DNA of 64,000 nucleotides from Planctomycetota bacterium (GTDB lineage Bacteria; Planctomycetota; B15-G4): NCBI GenBank assembly GCA_965248575.1, contig CBDFJQ010000002.1, positions 4,736,001 to 4,800,000 of the forward strand, read 5' to 3'. Shown piece by piece: positions 9,259 to 19,562 of this stretch (position 1 is its first letter; each line of letters starts with the position of its first letter). The notes under the pieces were generated by a model. It saw only the letters and a program-made list of their open reading frames with translations, ran no database searches and was not told where the DNA came from. The position numbers and the translations under genes were made by a program.

Positions 9259-9999
9259 CTACTTCTTGCGCGCCCGTTCAGCCAGGAGCGGCTTCCAGTC
9301 GTCGGCGCTGCGCGTGCCCGCCCCGCCGGCCGCCGCACCCACTCCGCTGAGCGTGCCCAGGGTTGCGTCCAGGACCGTCGTGACGACCGCGGCGTGCTTG
9401 GCCAGGTCCTCCTGCTTGTTGCCCAACTTGCGTTCCGCCTTGTCGAGGGTCTTCACAAGCCGCTTCAGCAGCTTGTCCATGTCCTTCTTGGGGAGGTCGA
9501 CATAACCCGCCAGGGCTTCGGCCGCTGTGCGGGCGAAGCGTGTGTCCGGGTGGACCAGCAGCGCCTCCAGGCTCTTCAGTGCCTCCTTCTCGTGCAGCTT
9601 GCCGGCTGTCTCGATGGCCAGGGCATAGGTGTTGCGAAGCAGCGTTCCCTCCACGTGCTCGGGAACCTCGAGCAGTTGCGCGAACTGCTTGGTGGAACCA
9701 GGGACTGAGAGGACCGCGTAGGTCTCCATCACCAGGCACTGCGGGATGCGCTTGTCATTCTTGAATGCCAGCCCGGCCGCCTTGACGACCGGGGCGAACG
9801 CCTTGTCGTCGAAGGCGTCCCGGAGCGCCTCGGCCTGCTTCAACGCGACGCCAGGGTTCTCGCCCTTGCGCAGCGCCGATTCGATGGCCGCCGCGGCGTC
9901 CTTCGGCGTCTGCGGTTCGTCTTGGGTGGTAGGGGCGGTGACGGCGGTCGATGGCAGGCAGCCTAGAACGAGAAGAAGAGCCACGGTCGAGACGATCAT
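9259..9999 (-). CDS. secreted HEAT-repeat-like helical protein
   Basis: Start reset to MIVSTVALLLVLG (GGAG RBS). 'AIETAGKL...ALKSLEALLVHPDTRFARTAAEALAG'. Confidence 0.65.
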   Translation of the reverse strand: MIVSTVALLLVLGCLPSTAVTAPTTQDEPQTPKDAAAAIESALRKGENPGVALKQAEALRDAFDDKAFAPVVKAAGLAFKNDKRIPQCLVMETYAVLSVPGSTKQFAQLLEVPEHVEGTLLRNTYALAIETAGKLHEKEALKSLEALLVHPDTRFARTAAEALAGYVDLPKKDMDKLLKRLVKTLDKAERKLGNKQEDLAKHAAVVTTVLDATLGTLSGVGAAAGGAGTRSADDWKPLLAERARKK

Positions 10000-10200
10000 C
10001 GGTTCACTCCTGGAGAGAGGGGCTGGATGTTTTCCCCTGGCTCCCGCCCTTGAACCCTGGGTGACGTCGCCTGGGCAAGCTGTCTGCCACAGCAGTAGGG
10101 CGGTGCACCTTGCTGGCAAGACCGACCCACCACACGAGCCAGATCAGATCGCTTATGCTCCAAACCAGCGAATGAGGTGACCGGGACGCGGGAGGCGAAG

Positions 10201-13119
10201 ATGAGTGGTCGGTTGGGAGCGCTTGTCGGGCTGATCGTGATGACGCTGCTGGTGGGTGGCTTCCTGATCTGGTTGCAGCCTGAAGAGGCTGTTGACGTTT
10301 CGCCCATGGAACGGGGTGTAGCGGAATCAGCTCGCTCGATGGTGCTGCCAGAGGGATCTCTTCCCGTGGTTGCCGGGGATCGCGAGGCGCAGCCGCTCGA
10401 AAGTGCCTCGCGTTCGCCGTCCCTGGACCCAGCGGATCAAGGCAGCGACCTGGCGCCCTCAATGGAGGCGGGAGACACGAACCTCCTGCGGGTGAGCGGG
10501 CGGGTTGTCGACGAGAGCGCCCGCCCCATCGCAGGCGCGGAGGTCATGCTTCACCTCTCACGTCGGACGCGGATGCGACTGGACCTCACGATCCACTACT
10601 TCAATGCGCCTGTGCCGTGGGCAGACTTCCCTTCCACGGTCACAGATGCTCAGGGCCGCTTTGTCCTGGAGGCGGAGGAGGCGGCTGACATGGACGGTCG
10701 GCGTAGCAATCCTGAGCACCTGCCGAGCTCCACGGCCGTCGTCGTGTCGCATCAGGGTCTGCGCGGTCTCGCCGAACGCGTGCCCGGTTCCGACTGGGCC
10801 GTGGACATGGACGATCTGGTGCTGCTCCCAGGTGTCGTGGTGGTGGGGCGCGTCCTGGACAAGCACAGCGTTCCCCTGGAGGGCGCCGACGTGCGTCTGC
10901 CACACATGGCTTGGGGAGACGGCCGGGTCACCGAAGCCTGGACTCTTCTGCGCGATCTCATCCGCACGAGTTCCGGGCCCGACGGCCGTTTTCGTCTCGA
11001 CACGAATTGGGTCGGTGATTTTCGCTTCGAGGTCAGCCTTGCCGGCAAGCAACCGTGGCAGGGCCGCAAGACACTGCACCTGGGGAAGGTGGCGGACCTG
11101 GGCGACGTCGTCCTTCAAACCGGCGGGGCCGTGTCGGGCCGCGTCACCGACACGACTGGCGAACCGTTGCCGGATGTTCGCATCAAGCTGCGCCCTCAGC
11201 AATTCGTGCAGCAGTGGCCGGGGGAGGACATTGCCCTGCGCGACCTGCGCACGACCACCCGCAGCAGCAGCGGTGCTAGGGAGGAGGAGACCCAGAGTGA
11301 CGAGCAGGGTCTGTTTCTCTTCGACGCCCTGCCTCCAACGAGCTATCGCGTCTACGCGATGAAGGAGGGATTCGAGCCGCAAGTTGTGGGAGACGTGGAG
11401 CCCGGAGCGTTGCCGCTTGAAGTGGCGCTCCTGCCCGAGGCCCTGATCGTGCTCACCCTGCTGGACGACCTGAGCGGTGAGGCAATCGTGGGGGCCGGTG
11501 CAACGGTGCGGCGACGGAGCACCCTCACGGGTCCAGAGCAGCGATTCGACATGGACCCCTGGCTTGAGATCCTCATGGGCCCAGCCGCTGCGATACGCGT
11601 GGGGCGTGAGGGCTCGGGGCACGGACTGGTGGTCGCTGGGCCGGCGGGCTTCCTGCGGAACAGTGTGCGCACGGATTCGCCCGAACATGCGCCGCTGGAA
11701 GTCGAGCTGCCGGGTGTCGAGCCGGGGCAGGTGCTGGAGCGGACGCTGCGACTGAACCGGGCAGCCTCGATTGCTGGACTTGTGCTGGACTCCTCCGGTG
11801 AGCCGCTCGAGCACGCGGACGTCACAGTCCGCCCCCAGAAGCAGGATGAGGACTCGGGCAGCTTCCAGGGAATCGGGCAGAAGCGCGTGACGACGGACGC
11901 GGACGGCCGCTTCCATGCGGGTGGGTTGTCTGGAGGGTTGCACCTGGTGGAGGTAGACAAGGGCGGCTTCGTCATTCCGGACGCTATCGAATTCATGCTG
12001 GTCGATGGAGAGAAGTCTGAGGGCCTCGAAATCGTGCTCCAGCGCGGAGTGATCCTGACGGGCACGGTCTACAAGACGGACGGCCAACCGGCGCAGAATC
12101 ACGAGGTCAACGCGCAGACCGAAGGCGTGCTGCAGGAGGATGTGGCTTCAACCAAGGTTCTCACGGATGCCGCGGGGCGTTTCGTGGTCGACAGCCTGCC
12201 GCCGGGAGAGCTTCGGGTCAGTGCGTACCCCGGTGCCGAATCCTTCGTGCGCACGGCACCCGATCTCGCGCCGGACATCGTGTTGCAGCTGCGCCGACCG
12301 CCCAGCGTTCGAGGGCGGGTCTACGACGCAGACGGCCATGCTGTCGAGGCCGACGTGAATCTGCACATGGATGGGTTGCCCTTTGCGGCCCAAGAGACCG
12401 AGACCAACAGTGACGGGCAGTACCTGCTCGAGGATCTGCCTGTGGGGGAGTCGATGCTGCAGGCGCGGGACGGTGGGGCTCGCACACCTCTCGTTTCTGT
12501 ACAGCTGGACTACGACCGGGACGAGATCGTGGATCTGCGGTTTGCCGACGGGCGCATCCTGGGCCAGGTGCTCGACGAGGCTACGGGCGAACCCATCCCC
12601 GGCGTCCGAATGCGCGCATTCGTGCCCAATGCTCCTGACCGAGACTTCGCAGGAGCATCGGATGGAACGGGCCGCACGAACGCGGAGGGCCGCTTCGTCC
12701 TCCAGAGGCTGCCGCCCGGCACCTATGTCCTGACAGCTCGTCACAGGGACTACATCCCGTTCGGCCCCGAGGGGATGGTGGTGGGCCCGGCGGCGCGCGT
12801 CGAGCGCACGATTCGTCTCTCTCGCAGCGCTGTGCTCACTGGCCGGGTGACCACGGTGGGAGCAGAGGGGGCAGGCGAGCTTGGGATGACGCTCATTCCA
12901 ATCGACGGGGGCAAAAACCAGGGCTTTGGCGGCGTGCCCTTCGAGGGCGACTACCGGGTGTCTGGCCTTGCCACCGGTCTCTACCGCTACGAAGTCAAGC
13001 GCCTGAGTGCCTACCCTCCGCTTCCAGACCAGGAGCATGTCTTTGCCACGGGCGAGGTGAGCGTCGTGCAGGGTGAAGAGACCCGACACGATGTGGTGCT
13101 CGTGCCGAAGGGCGGCTGA
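10201..13119 (+). CDS. membrane-anchored protein with multiple carboxypeptidase-regulatory-like (prealbumin-fold) domains
   Basis: N-terminal TM helix. Repeated 'GRVxDxxGxPxxGAxV...TDxxGRF...LPPGxY' units. GGGAGG RBS. Confidence 0.85.
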   Translation: MSGRLGALVGLIVMTLLVGGFLIWLQPEEAVDVSPMERGVAESARSMVLPEGSLPVVAGDREAQPLESASRSPSLDPADQGSDLAPSMEAGDTNLLRVSGRVVDESARPIAGAEVMLHLSRRTRMRLDLTIHYFNAPVPWADFPSTVTDAQGRFVLEAEEAADMDGRRSNPEHLPSSTAVVVSHQGLRGLAERVPGSDWAVDMDDLVLLPGVVVVGRVLDKHSVPLEGADVRLPHMAWGDGRVTEAWTLLRDLIRTSSGPDGRFRLDTNWVGDFRFEVSLAGKQPWQGRKTLHLGKVADLGDVVLQTGGAVSGRVTDTTGEPLPDVRIKLRPQQFVQQWPGEDIALRDLRTTTRSSSGAREEETQSDEQGLFLFDALPPTSYRVYAMKEGFEPQVVGDVEPGALPLEVALLPEALIVLTLLDDLSGEAIVGAGATVRRRSTLTGPEQRFDMDPWLEILMGPAAAIRVGREGSGHGLVVAGPAGFLRNSVRTDSPEHAPLEVELPGVEPGQVLERTLRLNRAASIAGLVLDSSGEPLEHADVTVRPQKQDEDSGSFQGIGQKRVTTDADGRFHAGGLSGGLHLVEVDKGGFVIPDAIEFMLVDGEKSEGLEIVLQRGVILTGTVYKTDGQPAQNHEVNAQTEGVLQEDVASTKVLTDAAGRFVVDSLPPGELRVSAYPGAESFVRTAPDLAPDIVLQLRRPPSVRGRVYDADGHAVEADVNLHMDGLPFAAQETETNSDGQYLLEDLPVGESMLQARDGGARTPLVSVQLDYDRDEIVDLRFADGRILGQVLDEATGEPIPGVRMRAFVPNAPDRDFAGASDGTGRTNAEGRFVLQRLPPGTYVLTARHRDYIPFGPEGMVVGPAARVERTIRLSRSAVLTGRVTTVGAEGAGELGMTLIPIDGGKNQGFGGVPFEGDYRVSGLATGLYRYEVKRLSAYPPLPDQEHVFATGEVSVVQGEETRHDVVLVPKGG

Positions 13120-13134
13120 ACCCGGCGCGCCAGA

Positions 13135-13494
13135 CTAGCTGTCGAGCTCGTTCACGATGACGCGCACGGCGCTGCTCGAACTCGCCGAGCCGTTGCTGTC
13201 CTGCGCGGGGAACCAGGCCTGGACGTAGAAGCTGCTGCCGGGGGACAGGCCGTCGGGCCATGCGAACTGAAGCGAGCCGCCAGACGTGAGGGGCACGAAG
13301 CTCTGGGGCACCGGGATCAGCGTGCCACCCAGGAAGGGCTGGGCTGCCGAGAACTGGCCGGCCAGCAGCCAGCCCAGCTGAGGTCCGCTGCCCGACTCGC
13401 TGTTGAGCAGCTGCAAGTTACATGGGGCGTTGGGTGTTGTGTCGCCGCTACCGGCCAGGGTCATGGAGCCCGCATCGCCGTCAAGGTCGGCCAC
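13135..13494 (-). pseudogene. orphan copy of the conserved CTD (no signal peptide or passenger domain)
   Basis: 'PFLGGTLIPVP...FAWPDGLSPGSSFYVQAWF...SSSSAVRV' matches the CTD of 3168..4775. Begins about 30 bp after the stop of the upstream regulator. Confidence 0.6.
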
Positions 13495-13526
13495 TAGGCC
13501 CGCGGGCCCACGCGGTCTTCCGTTGG

Positions 13527-15803
13527 TCAGGATTCTCGTTGAATCCCCAGCTTCTTCATCCGGAACCGCAGGGTCGCCGGCTTGAGGCCCAGTCGCAGGG
13601 CTGCTCCTCGAGGCCCTTCCACGACCCAGTTGCAGTCGGCCAGGACGCGGCGCATGTGTTGCCGGGTGACGTCGTCCAGATCGTCGTGACCGCCTTTCTC
13701 CGTTGATACTGAGAGCAGCCCTGCTTCGAGTGTCAGCTCGGGCCCGCCGCAGAGGATGGCGGAGCGTTCGATGATGTTCTGCAGCTCACGGATGTTCCCG
13801 CCCCACTCATGGGCCAGCAGTTTCTGCATGCTCGCGTCGTCGAAGTGACTGAGTCGCTTCCCAAACTTGCCGGAGAAATCGCAGAGGAAGTGCTCCACGA
13901 GCTGAGGGATGTCGGACCGTCGTTCTCGCAGCGGCGGCACCCGCAATGGAAAAACGCTCAGCCGGTAGTAGAGGTCGCTGCGAAAGAGCTGCTGCTTCAC
14001 CATCTCGGACAGGTCGCGATGGGTTGCTGCCACGATACGCACGTTGACGCGCACTGTCGTTTCGCCCCCGAGCCGTTGGATCTCACCTTCCTGGAGCGCG
14101 CGGAGGAGCTTGGCCTGCGCTTCGGCGGAAAGTTCACCCACTTCATCCAGGAAGAGCGTCCCTCCCGATGCCAGCTCGAACCTCCCTCGCTTGCGATGGG
14201 TCGCTCCGGTGAAGGCGCCCTTCTCGTGACCGAAGAGTTCGCTTTCAAGCAGGTCCTTGGGCAACGCCGCGCAGTTGACCGTGACCATGATGCGGTCGTG
14301 GCGCACGCTCTGCTCGTGGATGGCCCGCGCGATCAGCTCCTTGCCGGTGCCCGTCTCTCCAAGGATCAAGACGGTGGAGTCGGTGGCCGCGACCTTCTCG
14401 ACGTGCGAGAGCACTCCGGCCATGGCCGGCGAATCTCCGACGATGGTGGTGTGTTGGGAGAGCTGCTCCTGAAGCAGCTGCTTGTCTTCGCGTAGGCGGC
14501 TGAGCTCTTTCTCCGCGCGTCTCCGGTCGTTCACGTCGCGCAAGATGAGCGTGTAGCTGGGTTCGCCGTCGACCTCGAAGGGTGAGAGGGTCAGTTCGAC
14601 CGGGAAGGTGCCGCCTCCCGGGCGCCGGGCGCTGAGGCCTTCGGGTGCCCAGACCGATTTGGTGCCTCCCTGGGCATCGACGAGCCGCGCGGAGGAGAAC
14701 ACGCGAACGGCTTCGGCGCCGGGAAAGAACGTCTGCGCTTCCTGTCCCAGCAGTTCACTCGCCGAGCATTTGAAGACCCGCTCCGCCGCTGGGTTGAGGC
14801 GCGTGATCACAAAGGACTCGTCGAGGATGACGACGGCGTCCATGGCGGAGTCGAAGATGCTCTGAAGGCGGCGTTCGCTGGATTCGTGGGCCTGCTCCGC
14901 CGCCTTGCGCGCCGTGATGTCGTGCCACAAGGTGATCATCATCTTGCGGCCCTTCCACTCCGTGATGCGCAAGCTGACGATGACGTGGCGCGGGCTGCCG
15001 TCCTTGGCCTTGTGCAGCGCTTCGAACTCATCTCCTCCGCTTTCGAGGATCGCGTCGACGTGGCTGCTTGTCTGGGACGGGTTGGGAACCATCTCCAGAT
15101 CGCTGATGGTGAGTTGTGCGAACTCGGCGCGGGAGTAACCCATCATCTCTGCGGCCTGGTCGTTGAACTCTTCCGGCTTCCATGTGTCGGGGTCGAACAA
15201 CACGATGGCGCAGGGAGAGCGCTCGAAGAGGATCTTGAAATTGTCTTCGAGGTCACGCAGCCGGTTGTCGGCCGCCCTGCGGTGCATGTCGACAGACGCC
15301 CGCAGGGCGAAGATCTCCAGCACGGCTCGGATGCTCGCGATGTCGAGCAGGGGGCGGTCATCCAGGATCGCGATCTGCCCTACGGACCTGCCGTCGTCCC
15401 CCTTGAGCGCGACGCCGTAGCAGCTTTGCACGTTCAGGTCGAGCAGCATCAGGTCCTCGGGGTACTTGCTGCAGAGGTCGTGGTCGACCTGCAGCCAGCC
15501 GTCGCGCACTGCGTCCTCGCAGGGCGAGCCCGCCAGGGGCGCTTCCAGCACCTCCGTCGCCGTGCGTGAGTGGACCGTGAGCTTGCAGATCGGCACGCCG
15601 TTGGCGTCCTCATGCACTTCACTGAGCAGGGTCGCCTGGCAGCCCCAAGCCTCTGCGAGCCGCTGCACGAGCTGGCGCCGAAGCTCCTCGCCTGTCGTGC
15701 TGGGTGGCACCTCGTGCAGGGCCGTGAGCGCGGAGCTCATCTGCTGCCACGCCGTGGAGCTCAGCTTCGAGCTGTCCCGGTCACCATGAGCTCGTTGCGC
15801 CAT
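13527..15803 (-). CDS. sigma54-dependent enhancer-binding protein (GAF-PAS-PAS-AAA+-HTH, FhlA-like)
   Basis: [44 protein letters not shown]-terminal HTH '[22 protein letters not shown]'. Confidence 0.95.
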   Translation of the reverse strand: MAQRAHGDRDSSKLSSTAWQQMSSALTALHEVPPSTTGEELRRQLVQRLAEAWGCQATLLSEVHEDANGVPICKLTVHSRTATEVLEAPLAGSPCEDAVRDGWLQVDHDLCSKYPEDLMLLDLNVQSCYGVALKGDDGRSVGQIAILDDRPLLDIASIRAVLEIFALRASVDMHRRAADNRLRDLEDNFKILFERSPCAIVLFDPDTWKPEEFNDQAAEMMGYSRAEFAQLTISDLEMVPNPSQTSSHVDAILESGGDEFEALHKAKDGSPRHVIVSLRITEWKGRKMMITLWHDITARKAAEQAHESSERRLQSIFDSAMDAVVILDESFVITRLNPAAERVFKCSASELLGQEAQTFFPGAEAVRVFSSARLVDAQGGTKSVWAPEGLSARRPGGGTFPVELTLSPFEVDGEPSYTLILRDVNDRRRAEKELSRLREDKQLLQEQLSQHTTIVGDSPAMAGVLSHVEKVAATDSTVLILGETGTGKELIARAIHEQSVRHDRIMVTVNCAALPKDLLESELFGHEKGAFTGATHRKRGRFELASGGTLFLDEVGELSAEAQAKLLRALQEGEIQRLGGETTVRVNVRIVAATHRDLSEMVKQQLFRSDLYYRLSVFPLRVPPLRERRSDIPQLVEHFLCDFSGKFGKRLSHFDDASMQKLLAHEWGGNIRELQNIIERSAILCGGPELTLEAGLLSVSTEKGGHDDLDDVTRQHMRRVLADCNWVVEGPRGAALRLGLKPATLRFRMKKLGIQRES

Positions 15804-15822
15804 GATCGGACTCTAGCAGCCA

Positions 15823-15860
15823 GCCCGCAACGGGTTGCGGGCAGCCACAGCAAGTTGTGG
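15823..15860. promoter_or_regulatory. putative tandem upstream activator sites
   Basis: GCCCGCAA-cggg-TTGCGGGC plus a degenerate copy CCACAG-caag-TTGTGG offset by 20 bp, about 80-110 bp upstream of the -24 element. Confidence 0.5.
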
Positions 15861-15935
15861 ATCCGAAAGGCGGCGTTTCGAGTGGAGTGTTTGTAATAGA
15901 CTCCTAGGTAACAAGTTAGGTCTCGAATCCGCTTT

Positions 15936-15951
15936 TGGCACGGGCCTTGCT
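15936..15951 (+). promoter_or_regulatory. sigma54 (-24/-12) promoter
   Basis: TGGCACGGGCCTTGCT has exact GG-N10-GC spacing and lies next to a sigma54 activator gene. Confidence 0.85.
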
Positions 15952-16021
15952 CTTGTTGGCTCTCGAGGGCCGGATCACCTGCCCTCTGTCAATGAGCACA
16001 GAGCCCAAAGAGAGAAATGCC

Positions 16022-16378
16022 ATGAGCAGCAACGAACTTCTGAAGCACGACAGTGACCTCAACGCCCTCGTTCGCCAGGGCAAGATCCTGGACGGCCTGG
16101 AGCAGCACTTTGCCGAGGACTGCACCTTCCAGGAAGGCACCAACGCGCCCATCGAGGGCCGGGCGACGCAGTCCAAGCGTCTCGAGGAGATGTTCAGTGG
16201 CCTGAAGAGCTTCGATGGAGCCACGCTCCATAGCCAGGCCATCGGCGAGGGCGTCACCCTGACCGAGTGGACCTTCAACATGACGGCCGGCAACGGCGAC
16301 CCGATCATTTGGAACGAGGTGCTGTCGCGCCAATGGAACGACGGCAAGGTCGTGCGCGAGCGCTACTACCAGGCCTGA
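16022..16378 (+). CDS. SnoaL/NTF2-like protein
   Basis: 'GKILDGLEQHFAED...EG...EWTF...EV..RQWNDGKVVRERYY'. Confidence 0.85.
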   Translation: MSSNELLKHDSDLNALVRQGKILDGLEQHFAEDCTFQEGTNAPIEGRATQSKRLEEMFSGLKSFDGATLHSQAIGEGVTLTEWTFNMTAGNGDPIIWNEVLSRQWNDGKVVRERYYQA

Positions 16379-16545
16379 GTTGGGGGTCGACGACACCCGC
16401 CGCGATGCGGGCGTTCGAACGGTTTCAGGTTTGCGACACGGACCCCCTGGGAGCGCACCGGGGGTTCGTGCCGCGCTCCGTTTGAGAAAGAGCGGCGAGA
16501 TCGGGCCGGAGCATCAGCCTGGATTGGGAGGTGTCATCCGGGCGT

Positions 16546-17922
16546 CTATTGCCAGAGGAAGACGTCGAAATAGGATCCGCTGACCATCTTTGCTCGATCG
16601 GGATTGGTCGTGGCGAAGCCGACGTGCGACCCCGTCTTGCCGACCCAAGCGTTGCCGCCTTGTTTGGAGAGGCTCGCATGCAGCACGCGTGTGTCCGTGA
16701 TGTACTTCTGCTCATCCTGATTCTCGTCGGCCTTCCAGATGGCGAGCTCCGCCGGACCTTCATAGGAGGAGGAGCTGGAGTGGTTCCTGCCCGGCTCCAC
16801 AGGGTCCTGGTAGGTGAGGATTGAGGGCCCATTCGCGAGCGAAACATGCGTGCTGAGCCTTCCTCCGACCGCAGGCGCATGCTTGTCTGCATCAGCCAAC
16901 GCGATATTGGCCAGCCCTCCCATGAGGGGTGTCGCTTTGTAGAGTCTGATCGAGCTCACGTGATTGCCCCAGCCGGCGACGGGGTCATAGACAACTGCAG
17001 CCCAGTCCATCCAGAAGATGCGTTCCGACACCTTCTCGACGAGCTGCTTTGCGGTTCCGGCATGGTCGGAGGAGCTCAAGGTGTGGAAGACTTGAGTGAA
17101 GAGCCACAGGGGCAAGTTCATCTGCCAGTCCCTCCTGCTCCTCCAGTACAAGTCATCCCAAGCCTTCTGGATCTTCTCCAGCAAGGGTTCGTAGTACTTG
17201 GCCGAGAGGCGTTGTTCCGCCTCCAGGAGCTGAATCTTCTCTTCGTCGCTCTTGGAGCTCGCGTTCAGCTGCAGGGAATACACCAACCCGTCCGCAACCA
17301 CCGCATAAAGGGCGGACGAGTAGAGGCCAGCGCCCACATTGAAGACCGCGGTGACGTCACCCTGCGTGAGGGCATAGGTCGACGTGATGAGTGGCGTGTG
17401 TCCATCCCCCGTCGCGGCACCGGCTAGCGCCATGGCGTTCTTCTTGATCACGCCTCGATCGAATCCGATCAAGGCCTCGGCGGCTGCGTCGACGTCGGCT
17501 TGCACAACTGGCTGTGCGTTGAGCGCATTCTCGTAGATCTTCGCCAGGCCTTGGATCGTCTTGAGGTTGTCCAGGGCGTCGGAGATCTGGGTCGTCGCCG
17601 CCAGCTTCGAGCCGTGCGCCTTCAGGCTCTCGAACTGATCCACCATGAGCTTCTTCAGGCTGTCCACCTTCGTGCTCAGGTCCTTGATGGCGCCCAGGAT
17701 TCGATCCGTGTCGCTCTTTCCTCCCGAGAACATGCCGATCAAACCAAGACCGGCACCGAGCAGGCCCAGCCCCATGGAGAGCTTGGAGAGCGCCTTCGTC
17801 GTGCCCAGTAGTTTGTCGAAGCGCTCCAGGATCTCCTGCCCTGCCTTGTCTTCGGCGGCCCACTTGATGACGGAGTCCGCAGCGCGTTTCATTTGACCGG
17901 CGACGTCGGAAGCAGCAGGCAT
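16546..17922 (-). CDS. hypothetical protein resembling SE-cephalotoxin/rapunzel-type helical toxins
   Basis: Hydrophobic hairpin LSKLSMGLGLLGAGLGLIGMF followed by a coiled coil. C-terminal 'IFWMDWAAVVYDPVAGWGNH'. GGAG RBS. The ORF itself is secure; the family call is from memory. Confidence 0.55.
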   Translation of the reverse strand: MPAASDVAGQMKRAADSVIKWAAEDKAGQEILERFDKLLGTTKALSKLSMGLGLLGAGLGLIGMFSGGKSDTDRILGAIKDLSTKVDSLKKLMVDQFESLKAHGSKLAATTQISDALDNLKTIQGLAKIYENALNAQPVVQADVDAAAEALIGFDRGVIKKNAMALAGAATGDGHTPLITSTYALTQGDVTAVFNVGAGLYSSALYAVVADGLVYSLQLNASSKSDEEKIQLLEAEQRLSAKYYEPLLEKIQKAWDDLYWRSRRDWQMNLPLWLFTQVFHTLSSSDHAGTAKQLVEKVSERIFWMDWAAVVYDPVAGWGNHVSSIRLYKATPLMGGLANIALADADKHAPAVGGRLSTHVSLANGPSILTYQDPVEPGRNHSSSSSYEGPAELAIWKADENQDEQKYITDTRVLHASLSKQGGNAWVGKTGSHVGFATTNPDRAKMVSGSYFDVFLWQ

Positions 17923-18062
17923 TCAAGGACTCCGAGGGAGAAGGAGAGAAGACTCAGGCCTTGAGAGGGTTCCTGACTGCCCGGATCGAAGCTAGAAAAA
18001 CCCCATGTTCTAGACTGCGAGCCTGAACCTGACGGCGACCTCACTCCCGATCGAGACTCAGC

Positions 18063-18707
18063 GTGACATCTGGAAGCAAAGACCCCCGCGTGGATGCCTA
18101 CATCAAGCGCGCGCCTGACTTCGCGCGACCCATCCTCAAGCATCTACGTCGCGTGGTGCACACGGCGTGCCCGGAGATTCGCGAGACCGTCAAGTGGGGT
18201 TGCCCCAGCTTCGAACTGACGGGCATGGTCTTCGGCCTCGCATCCTTCAAGAGCCATGCGAAGTGGGGCTTCTGGCGAGGCAAGGAGATGAAGCTGCCGA
18301 AGAGCTTGTTCAGCGAGGTGACGGGACCGGATCCGCGTTGGTTGAAGGTCCAGTCGCTCGACGAGCTGCCCACGGAGGCGACGCTCGTGCGTCTCCTGAA
18401 GCAGGCTGCAAGACTCGACGCGGCGATTGCAGCAGGCAAGGCGCCGAAGAGTGGCGGCGCCTTGAAGCCAGGCGCCGGAAAGAAGGCCGTTCGAACGGTC
18501 GCCGTCCCCGCAGACCTGAAGTCCCGGTTGGCCCTGAAGAAGCATGCGGCAGCGAAGTCGTGCTTTGACGCGTTCCCGTTCAGCGCGAAGCGCGACTATG
18601 TGGAATGGCTCGAGACCGCCAAGCGCCCTGAGACGCGGGCCAAACGGCTCGCAACGACCCTCGAGTGGCTCGCCGAAGGCAAGCGCCGGAACTGGAAGTA
18701 CCAGTAG
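18063..18707 (+). CDS. YdeI/OmpD-associated (DUF1801 + OmdA) protein
   Basis: 'DPRVDAYI..APDFARPIL..LR..VHTACP...ETVKWGCP', 'KRDYVEWLETAKRPETRAKRL...LAEGKRRNWKY'. Confidence 0.9.
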   Translation: MTSGSKDPRVDAYIKRAPDFARPILKHLRRVVHTACPEIRETVKWGCPSFELTGMVFGLASFKSHAKWGFWRGKEMKLPKSLFSEVTGPDPRWLKVQSLDELPTEATLVRLLKQAARLDAAIAAGKAPKSGGALKPGAGKKAVRTVAVPADLKSRLALKKHAAAKSCFDAFPFSAKRDYVEWLETAKRPETRAKRLATTLEWLAEGKRRNWKYQ

Positions 18708-18819
18708 AAGCTGAGGGCTGGAGAAGCTGCAGAGGCGGGAAGGTGACACTCCCGTGGACGGCCTGGACAGCCGGAGGAATCCGCCCTAGCTTCGATGGAA
18801 ACCTCCGGGAGACTCAGGC

Positions 18820-19521
18820 ATGAAGCGCATTCTCATGAATGTCGTCGTGCTCGTTGTGATCGTCATGTCGACGACGGGCTTTGCACCCTCTGCAGGCTCT
18901 GGGATCTTGCACGGCTTCGTCAAGGACAGCACCGGGGCGCCGGTGACAGACCTGACGGCCGTGGTGACTCACCTCGGGGGGCAGTTCCCGTTCTCGGGTT
19001 CGCAGGGCCTGTCGTCCGGCGGCGAGTTCGTCTTGCAACCCACGGTCGGCAACTACTTGATCGAACTCGTGAACGATGCAGGTGAAGTGGTCGACTACCG
19101 CACGGGCATCAACATCTTCAACAACATCACGACGTTTCAGTTCTTCGAGCTGGACCAACCCACGCTGTGCCAGACGAACCTCGGCTTCGGGCAAGCAGGA
19201 GGCATGACGCTCACCGTGTGCGGCGACGACCTGACTCTCGCCGGGAGCCTCGCCACCCTCTCCGTCTACAACGCAACGCCCAGTTCACTCGTCTTTGCGC
19301 CGGTGGGCTTGGTCAACTCGCCGATACCGCTGATGGGCGGGACGCTCGTGCCCTTCCCCTGGCTGAACCTGTTCCCTCTCAGCTCGGATACCGGTGGGCG
19401 TGTCGAGCTCTCGATACCGGGCGCCGCAGGGGTGCAGGTCAAGGCCTACATCCAGGTGGTCGACACGAACGGCGCGAGCTTCCGATTCTCCAACGCCGTC
19501 GAGGTGGACATCGGTCTCTGA
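18820..19521 (+). CDS. secreted protein: one prealbumin-like domain plus conserved CTD
   Basis: Signal peptide. 'LHGFVKDSTGAPV'. CTD 'PLMGGTLVPFP...AYIQVVD...FSNAVEV'. Confidence 0.75.
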   Translation: MKRILMNVVVLVVIVMSTTGFAPSAGSGILHGFVKDSTGAPVTDLTAVVTHLGGQFPFSGSQGLSSGGEFVLQPTVGNYLIELVNDAGEVVDYRTGINIFNNITTFQFFELDQPTLCQTNLGFGQAGGMTLTVCGDDLTLAGSLATLSVYNATPSSLVFAPVGLVNSPIPLMGGTLVPFPWLNLFPLSSDTGGRVELSIPGAAGVQVKAYIQVVDTNGASFRFSNAVEVDIGL

Positions 19522-19562
19522 GGGGGCCGAGGGTCGTCGTAGCGCGCGAGGCCCGAGCCCGC

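Noticed and set aside
10558..12102. Long antisense ORFs (also 7856..9028, 25613..26932, 33856..35418, 45696..46859, 53811..54986, 60187..61314, 61819..63138)
   Set aside because: Shadows of well-supported genes in GC-rich DNA, with no motifs of their own.
16380..16545. Hairpins between the convergent SnoaL and toxin-like genes as an ncRNA or REP element
   Set aside because: Adequately explained as terminator-like stems. No second copy was seen in the window.
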